A stretch of 64,000 nucleotides of DNA from Spirochaetales bacterium (GTDB lineage: Bacteria > Spirochaetota > Spirochaetia > SZUA-6 > JAFGRV01): contig JAFGKU010000178.1 of the NCBI GenBank assembly GCA_016928415.1, positions 31,625 through 95,624 of the forward strand, in the 5' to 3' direction. Shown here in pieces: positions 58,292-64,000 of the stretch. Every line of letters starts with the position of its first letter. The stretch's first letter is position 1. The notes below the pieces were generated by a model. It saw only the letters and a program-made list of their open reading frames with translations. It did no database searches and was not told where the DNA came from. The position numbers were made by a program, and so were the translations under genes.

Positions 58292-58383
58292 GCGGTTGCG
58301 ATTCTTGCCATCGCTCAGGACACAAAATCGCGGTAGCGATTCTTGCCTACGCTCAGGACGCAAAATCGCGGTAGCGATTTGAT
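58292..58383. repeat. 38-bp tandem repeat (about 2.4 copies) containing palindrome AAATCGCGGTAGCGATT
   Basis: Copy 1: GCGGTtGCGATTCTTGCCaTCGCTCAGGACaCAAAATC (58292-58329). Copy 2: GCGGTaGCGATTCTTGCCtaCGCTCAGGACgCAAAATC (58330-58367). Partial copy 3: GCGGTAGCGATTTGATTTG. Each unit contains two overlapping inverted repeats: AATCGC/GCGATT and GCGAT/ATCGC. Confidence 0.6.
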
Positions 58384-58512
58384 TTGACCGTTTATAAGCA
58401 GTTTATTGCCAGACTGTCGGATTAATATGCTAACAATGGTTCAAATTGAGAATAGCTGTAGAATTTATAACTCCCCTGTACAAGCAACTATACATCTGGT
58501 ATTATCAATACA

Positions 58513-59289
58513 GTGAAACAGGGCCTGACAAAAATACTATCCAATAGCGCCGTGCAGGATTATTTTCATCTGGTTTTCAAATGGGACAAAAGCCTGCCCG
58601 TTCCCCAACCGGGACAATTCCTTAATTTACGGGTTGCAGATTCAACTGTTCCGTTATTAAGAAGGCCTTTTGCTTTTTCAGGCTACGATGCCAATAAGGG
58701 AATCTGTTCAATCATTTATCAAATAAAGGGCAGGGGTACGCAAATCCTGTCATCAAAAAAATCAGACGATACCCTGGATTTTACAGGACCTTTGGGTAAT
58801 ACTTTTTTACCGTTTTCATCGAACCATCACAACATACTCATGGCGGGAGGGGTCGGATTGGGCCCGGTTCTTTTCTTTGCCGAGGTATTGATAAACAGAA
58901 ACCTGCCATTTGAATTCATCTTTGGCGCAAGAACAAAACAACTGATTCCTCTTTCGCTCCTGAAAATAATACCTAACCTTACCCTTTGTACGGATGACGG
59001 TACGGAAGGATTTAAAGGAACAGCAGTTGATTTTTTAAAAGAAACCGATAAGGACCGCTTAAAACGATCCACCGTTTTCGCCTGCGGTCCTTATGCAATG
59101 ATGAAGGCTGCGTATCAGGTATGCCGAAAAAACGGTTCACCGTGCTACGTCTCCATGGAACAGATCATGGCATGCGGAATGGGAGCCTGCATGGGATGCG
59201 TGGTTGAAAAGAAAGGAAGGGACGGAAAATATCTGAGGGTTTGTGCGGAAGGCCCCGTATTTGAAGCAGGAGAAATCGAATGGACCTGA
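58513..59289 (+). CDS. pyrK: Dihydroorotate dehydrogenase electron-transfer subunit (FAD/NAD-binding, 2Fe-2S)
   Basis: 258 aa. FNR-like FAD/NAD fold. C-terminal cluster motif CGMGACMGCVV and a further upstream Cys. Its stop overlaps the pyrD start by 10 nt. Confidence 0.85.
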   Translation: MKQGLTKILSNSAVQDYFHLVFKWDKSLPVPQPGQFLNLRVADSTVPLLRRPFAFSGYDANKGICSIIYQIKGRGTQILSSKKSDDTLDFTGPLGNTFLPFSSNHHNILMAGGVGLGPVLFFAEVLINRNLPFEFIFGARTKQLIPLSLLKIIPNLTLCTDDGTEGFKGTAVDFLKETDKDRLKRSTVFACGPYAMMKAAYQVCRKNGSPCYVSMEQIMACGMGACMGCVVEKKGRDGKYLRVCAEGPVFEAGEIEWT

Positions 59290-60185
59290 AGGTTAAAATC
59301 GGCGGTCAAAGCCTTTCCAATCCAATCGGTGTCGCCTCCGGCACGTACGGCTACGGGATTGAGTACAAAGACTACCTTGATTTATCAATTATAGGGGCTA
59401 TTTACACCAAGGCCCTGACCCTGTTACCGAGAGAGGGGAATGCTCCTCCCAGGATAATCGAAACACCTTCCGGTATGTTGAATTCGATCGGGTTGGCCAA
59501 CGTGGGAGTGGATGCTTTCATTACGGAAAAAATGCCCCAATTAAAACCATACTCCTGTGCCGTTATCGCCAACATAGCGGGATCAACGGAACGGGAATAC
59601 CTGCAGGTTGTTGAAAGGCTGGAAGGCTGCAAAGGAATCTGGGGATACGAGATCAATATTTCCTGCCCGAACGTCAGCCATGGAGGCATGGCCTTCGGAA
59701 CGGACCCGGCGGTGGCCGAAAAACTGACACAGTCTATACGGAAGACAGCCACGAGACCCCTGATTATCAAGCTGTCGCCCAATGTAACGGACATTTCAGC
59801 CATTGCGAAGGCTGTAGAAAACGGCGGGGCTGACGCCGTTTCCTGCATCAACACTCTTGTGGGCATGGTAATCGATACATCGAAAAAGGAACCGGTTTTA
59901 GCGAATAAAACCGGCGGTTTATCCGGCCCGGCCATTCGCCCCGTCGGGGTTGCCCTCACGTATATGGTAAAAAAGGCGGTAAAGATTCCCGTAATCGGCA
60001 TGGGAGGCATCATGACTGCCGACGACGCGGTTCAGTATCTGCTGGCAGGAGCCTCCGCCATACAGATCGGTACCGCCAATTTCGTAGACACGCAAACGCC
60101 ATTGAAAGTGTTGGACGGAATCAGGGAATATTGTAAAAGGGAAAATATAGGTAAAATCAGTGATTTTCACCAATTCATTGAATAG
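59280..60185 (+). CDS. pyrD: Dihydroorotate dehydrogenase catalytic subunit, class 1B
   Basis: 301 aa. MDLKVKIGGQSLSNPIGVASGTYGYG, IANIAGST, NISCPNV, IIKLSPNV, GGLSGPAIRPVGV, IGMGGI. Classic PyrD family-1 signature. Confidence 0.9.
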   Translation: MDLKVKIGGQSLSNPIGVASGTYGYGIEYKDYLDLSIIGAIYTKALTLLPREGNAPPRIIETPSGMLNSIGLANVGVDAFITEKMPQLKPYSCAVIANIAGSTEREYLQVVERLEGCKGIWGYEINISCPNVSHGGMAFGTDPAVAEKLTQSIRKTATRPLIIKLSPNVTDISAIAKAVENGGADAVSCINTLVGMVIDTSKKEPVLANKTGGLSGPAIRPVGVALTYMVKKAVKIPVIGMGGIMTADDAVQYLLAGASAIQIGTANFVDTQTPLKVLDGIREYCKRENIGKISDFHQFIE

Positions 60186-60204
60186 GGGAATAAAACAAGG
60201 ACAG

Positions 60205-60666
60205 TTACATTCTCCGCAAAATATAGGTGGCATCAATACCGGAAGACGGATCAAAAGCGGGATCACCGAACATGTTGGCCGTACTGAAAAGGAGATCATT
60301 GTTTCCATCACAAGTAACAGTCAGTGTATTGCCGTCTAAAGAATATTCATAAGTTAAAACAACAGGTGTCGGCAATGCCTGCCACATTCCCGTTTGGAGA
60401 ATTTGGATATAGGTAGCTGTTAAATTAGTCGTACTTACATCAAATTGTCCTGCATACCCGTCCCAATCCACGGTATCCATTTTACGGATAAAATATCCCG
60501 ATTGATCCGGGAAAAGTGAAAACTTGGCCGTAGTTGAAACGGGAGTGCCTGAACCCCAATCCACGAATTCGGTTGCCGTCCAGGAACCGGTTACAGGAGA
60601 AGGCACGTAATCGCATGAAAAAAGGAAAGATAAGGCAAATAGGATTAAAAAAGTTTTCAGACGCAT
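60205..60666 (-). CDS. Small lipoprotein, unknown function
   Basis: 153 aa. Signal peptide plus lipobox FLFSCDY. Possibly a lipocalin-like beta fold. No motif recognised. Confidence 0.45.
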   Translation of the reverse strand: MRLKTFLILFALSFLFSCDYVPSPVTGSWTATEFVDWGSGTPVSTTAKFSLFPDQSGYFIRKMDTVDWDGYAGQFDVSTTNLTATYIQILQTGMWQALPTPVVLTYEYSLDGNTLTVTCDGNNDLLFSTANMFGDPAFDPSSGIDATYILRRM

Positions 60667-60737
60667 CTAACCATACCTACTCTAAAAAGATACAACATGC
60701 GCGTTTGAAATTCAATATTAAAGGTTGATGATGCTCA

Positions 60738-61193
60738 TTATAGAATAGGATAGCCGGTCTGTTTCCCCGTTTCAAGCCAGACTTTTCTGGCCGCTTCCGT
60801 CCTGGTGTATTCGGCCTGAACGGTTATGCCGATACCGCCCCGGATGCCGAAAGCACCCTTCACAAGACACCAATGCGGATCAAGCGCCTTTTTAAGATCA
60901 TCCAGGATGATATTCACGAGATGCTCATGAAAAACACCTTCATTTCTGTAGGACCAGAAGTATAGTTTTAACGATTTGGATTCCACTATTTTTTTATCCG
61001 GAACATAATAAATGGTAATGGAGGCAAAATCGGGCTGCGATGTTTTAGGACAAACACAAGTGAATTCATCCGTATGCAATGTTACGAGGTAATACCGGTC
61101 CGGAGACCGGTTGGGAAAGGTCTCAAGGTCCTTTGAAGGTCCAGCCTCCTTGCCGAGTTTTGTCAGTGAGTCCAGATTTTCCTTGCCGTCCAT
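60738..61193 (-). CDS. queF: NADPH-dependent 7-cyano-7-deazaguanine reductase (type I QueF)
   Basis: 151 aa. Catalytic Cys region EFTCVCPKTSQPDFASI. QueF signature VESKSLKLYFWSYRN (E-S/L-K-S/A-h-K-L/Y-Y/F/W). Very close to the B. subtilis YkvM pattern. Confidence 0.9.
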   Translation of the reverse strand: MDGKENLDSLTKLGKEAGPSKDLETFPNRSPDRYYLVTLHTDEFTCVCPKTSQPDFASITIYYVPDKKIVESKSLKLYFWSYRNEGVFHEHLVNIILDDLKKALDPHWCLVKGAFGIRGGIGITVQAEYTRTEAARKVWLETGKQTGYPIL

Positions 61194-61215
61194 AATTCCT
61201 GCCTGTTCTTGTTGA

Positions 61216-61959
61216 TTATTTTGCCTCTTTCTTGTTCATATTTATTTTAAACCTTGAGAAAAACTTTGCAAAGAATCCGCCTGCTCTTTTACGCCGCGTC
61301 GCAGGCAATTCAATCTGTGCAAAATCGGATATATCATGCTCGGAACCTGCAAGAAGAAAAATATCATCATCCTGCAGCCTGTATTCCGGGGAAAAAAAGG
61401 AATACTCCTCACCGCCGTCTTTCCTCAGCCCGATGACATTAAGCCTGTAATTTTTACGAAGATTCGCCTGGATAAGGGATTTCCCGATAAAGTCCTTCGG
61501 CGGTTTGACTTCAGCTATGATAAAATCGTTACTGAGGGGAAGATAGGCGCATATTATCGACGATATAATAAGGGGCACCACCCTCTTGGCTGCCTCCCTG
61601 TCCGGATAAACTACTTTTTGCGCCCCGACAAGTTCAAGTATCTCACCGTGTTCATCGGATTCCGCCTTGACCACTATTTCTTTGATACCGATTTTTTTAA
61701 GATAATTGGTAACAAGGATTGACGCCTCTATTTTATCACCCAGGTCGATAACCGCCGAATCGATCGATGCCGGTACCAACCGGTTAATAATGTCTTCATT
61801 AAGGGCATCGGCGACATAGGCGTTTATAACTTTATCCTTGTATTGTTCAATAACACCATGATCTTTATCGATTATGATTATTTCACATTCCGATTCAATC
61901 AATTCCTCGAGCACTATCTTACCGAAAGCGCCAAGGCCTATAATTGCTATCTGTTTCAT
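61216..61959 (-). CDS. ktrA: K+ uptake regulatory subunit, TrkA/KtrA family (RCK N + C domains)
   Basis: 247 aa. Rossmann IAIIGLGAFGKIVLEEL. TrkA-C-like C-terminal half. Start overlaps the trkH/ktrB stop. Confidence 0.75.
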   Translation of the reverse strand: MKQIAIIGLGAFGKIVLEELIESECEIIIIDKDHGVIEQYKDKVINAYVADALNEDIINRLVPASIDSAVIDLGDKIEASILVTNYLKKIGIKEIVVKAESDEHGEILELVGAQKVVYPDREAAKRVVPLIISSIICAYLPLSNDFIIAEVKPPKDFIGKSLIQANLRKNYRLNVIGLRKDGGEEYSFFSPEYRLQDDDIFLLAGSEHDISDFAQIELPATRRKRAGGFFAKFFSRFKINMNKKEAK

Positions 61960-63293
61960 TATCCTATTAAAACCTCCTCTTCCGCATAATCTACCAAATA
62001 TTCGGAAACTTTGCCATAAACCTTCATGGCGATCGTGATCAGCCCTACCCGTCCGAAAAACATCGCGAAAATAACGACTAATTTCCCGGGAATGGAAAGA
62101 GACGATGTTATACCCAGCGAGAGACCGACGGTCGCGAACGCCGAGAAACCTTCAAAAACAATTTTTAACAGGCTTTTGTCATTAAGCGGGTTAAAAAGGT
62201 GTTCAGCTGCCGTTAAAGCGAAAATAACGGCGAATACCAGTGTAATGGCACGGATAAAAAATATGAGGGAATGGCGAATGGATTTTGCATTTACCTTTCG
62301 CTTTAAAAGACGCAAATTCCCGCCATTGTCCGTTCCCTTAAAAATAGCCAGAACCACGAGGGCAAATGTCCCCACCTTTATACCCCCTGCCGTGGAACCC
62401 GACCCTCCCCCTATAAACATCAATATTACCGTTAAAAGCTTTGAAGGAAGGGTGAGGAAATCCTGTCTGACTGTATTAAAACCGGCTGTCCGCGGTGTTA
62501 CCGCCTGAAAAATGGAAGCCATAAACCGATCAATCAGGTAGAAACCCTTCTGCGTATTGTTTATTTCAAAAAACATGAAAGAGCAAGCGCCAATGGCAAC
62601 AAGGATAAGGGTGGTAAGGAGCACAACTTTTGAGTAGAGAGCCAGCTTTTTCTTTTTCTTAAAAAGGAAGAGAAGTACATCCTGGATAACAACATACCCC
62701 AGCCCGCCGGTGACAAGCAGAAAGGGAATCATGATATTGATTAATGGATTATGTGTATAATTTTCCAGGTTGTTTGCAAAAAGCGAAAATCCGGCATTGC
62801 AGAAGGCCGAAACGGCATGAAAAATAGAGGTGAAGATCGGTCTGTCAGGAGCGGATTTGCTGAATTCCAGGTAAAGAATGAAAGCGCCCACCACTTCGAT
62901 CATCAGGGTTGTTAAAATTATGCGCCTGATAATTTTTACAGGCTTGCTTTCAACCGAAAAAATAAAGTATTCCTGTATAATTTTCCGGTTGTGAAAAGTA
63001 ATCTTGGATCTTGGCAGGACTATGTATATGGTTGTAAAACTGATGATTCCCAACCCGCCAATCTGGATAAGCAACAGAATAATTATTTGCCCCAAATAAG
63101 AAAAATCCGCGGTACTGACACTTGTTAGACCTGTAACACACATTGCGGATGTAGCCGTAAAAAGCGCGTCAATGTAATTGAGTCCGTTTTCACCGTTCCA
63201 GGCTGCCGGAATCATGAGCAATAATGATCCGAGCATGATAAGAATAATAAAAAACATGAATATAAATGTTTTTTCGGATCTAAAAATATTCAT
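61959..63293 (-). CDS. ktrB: K+ transporter membrane subunit, TrkH/KtrB family
   Basis: 444 aa, polytopic. Repeated selectivity-filter-like loops (TGLTSV, IGGLGI, TAGFNT, GGGSGSTAGGIK), typical of Trk/Ktr/HKT transporters. Confidence 0.8.
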   Translation of the reverse strand: MNIFRSEKTFIFMFFIILIMLGSLLLMIPAAWNGENGLNYIDALFTATSAMCVTGLTSVSTADFSYLGQIIILLLIQIGGLGIISFTTIYIVLPRSKITFHNRKIIQEYFIFSVESKPVKIIRRIILTTLMIEVVGAFILYLEFSKSAPDRPIFTSIFHAVSAFCNAGFSLFANNLENYTHNPLINIMIPFLLVTGGLGYVVIQDVLLFLFKKKKKLALYSKVVLLTTLILVAIGACSFMFFEINNTQKGFYLIDRFMASIFQAVTPRTAGFNTVRQDFLTLPSKLLTVILMFIGGGSGSTAGGIKVGTFALVVLAIFKGTDNGGNLRLLKRKVNAKSIRHSLIFFIRAITLVFAVIFALTAAEHLFNPLNDKSLLKIVFEGFSAFATVGLSLGITSSLSIPGKLVVIFAMFFGRVGLITIAMKVYGKVSEYLVDYAEEEVLIG

Positions 63294-63401
63294 TTACTTT
63301 GCAAACATCCTGTTTAATTGATTATATTAAAAAAAATTACATAAATCTACAGGGCAGTATCGGGAAAAAGGGTTTTTATATGGTTTGGATAAAAAAAAAT
63401 A

Positions 63402-63573
63402 CCTGGCAACGACCTACTCTCCCACCCAGCATCAATCTGTCTGTATTCGGCCGCGAGCGGCATTTTACAGAACCAGTCACAAATTGATGCTGGGCAGTAC
63501 CATCGGCGCGAAAGGGCTTAACTTCCGTGTTCGGGATGGGTACGGGTGGTTCCCCCTTGCTATTATCACCAGG
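63402..63573 (-). rRNA. rrf: 5S rRNA with about 55-nt expansion in helix IV
   Basis: Reverse complement reads CCUGGUGAUAAUAGCAAGGGGGAACCACCCGUACCCAUCCCGAACACGGAAGUUAAGCCCUUUCGCGCCGAUGGUACUG..UGGGAGAGUAGGUCGUUGCCAGG. Helices I-III and V match the bacterial 5S consensus. Helix IV is replaced by a 12-bp stem CCCAGCAUCAAU/AUUGAUGCUGGG enclosing a 46-nt insert. Confidence 0.8.
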
Positions 63574-63667
63574 TAATTATTTTCATTTCAGATTTTGGTC
63601 CGCCGGGCGGGTTTTCACCAACCGCCGGTTCAAAATCTTAAAATCATCAAAAGGGGTAATCGATAAT

Positions 63668-64000
<333 letters not shown>

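Noticed and set aside
58292-58383. Possible CRISPR array (direct repeats about 38 bp)
   Set aside because: Only about 2.4 immediately adjacent copies with no spacers between them and no cas genes nearby. It is a simple tandem duplication.

Overview
64-kb chromosomal segment of an unidentified bacterium with moderate GC. Lipoprotein and signal-peptide gene content suggests an anaerobic, environmental lineage; lineage not determinable from sequence alone. The high-coordinate end runs into an rRNA operon on the minus strand: a 5S rRNA and the 3' part of the 23S rRNA. About 50 protein genes are called at high coding density.

Main gene groups:
- Housekeeping: a compact sigma-70-family sigma factor, an unusually large signal peptidase I, CysK-like cysteine synthase, an RluA-family pseudouridine synthase, FolC, RlmB-like methyltransferase, PyrK/PyrD (class 1B DHOD), QueF, KtrA/KtrB-like K+ uptake, PgeF/YfiH.
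- Signalling: a HAMP/PAS histidine kinase followed by two receiver proteins, one fused to a PilZ-like domain; a multi-TM methyl-accepting chemotaxis protein; a PBP1-GGDEF diguanylate cyclase; a lone receiver.
- Secreted/envelope: a VIT+VWA / VWA / LysM / lipoprotein cluster; a lone discoidin-domain protein; a GH18-like protein; a 1560-aa signal-peptide ankyrin-repeat protein with a secreted partner.
- Other: a Ca-type P-type ATPase, an MFS transporter, GH2 beta-mannosidase next to a MinD/ParA ATPase, an HD-ThiF/MoeB fusion, and a B12-binding radical SAM enzyme.

No transposases, integrases, CRISPR arrays or tRNAs were seen.

Most unusual observations:
- The 5S rRNA is about 172 nt and carries a structured insertion of about 46 nt (extended stem included, about 55 nt over a typical 5S) in the helix IV hairpin.
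- A palindrome AAATCGC-N4-GCGATTT recurs at three intergenic loci, including a 38-bp tandem array upstream of pyrK.
- An MCP-HEAT-Hsp70-like module appears to be translationally coupled.
- The HD-E1-like fusion has no neighbouring Ubl gene.
- The giant secreted ankyrin protein.
- A 925-aa DHH phosphoesterase carries a duplicated FYSPSTGLY-containing flanking module.

All functional calls rest on motifs read by eye from the translations. No database search was run.
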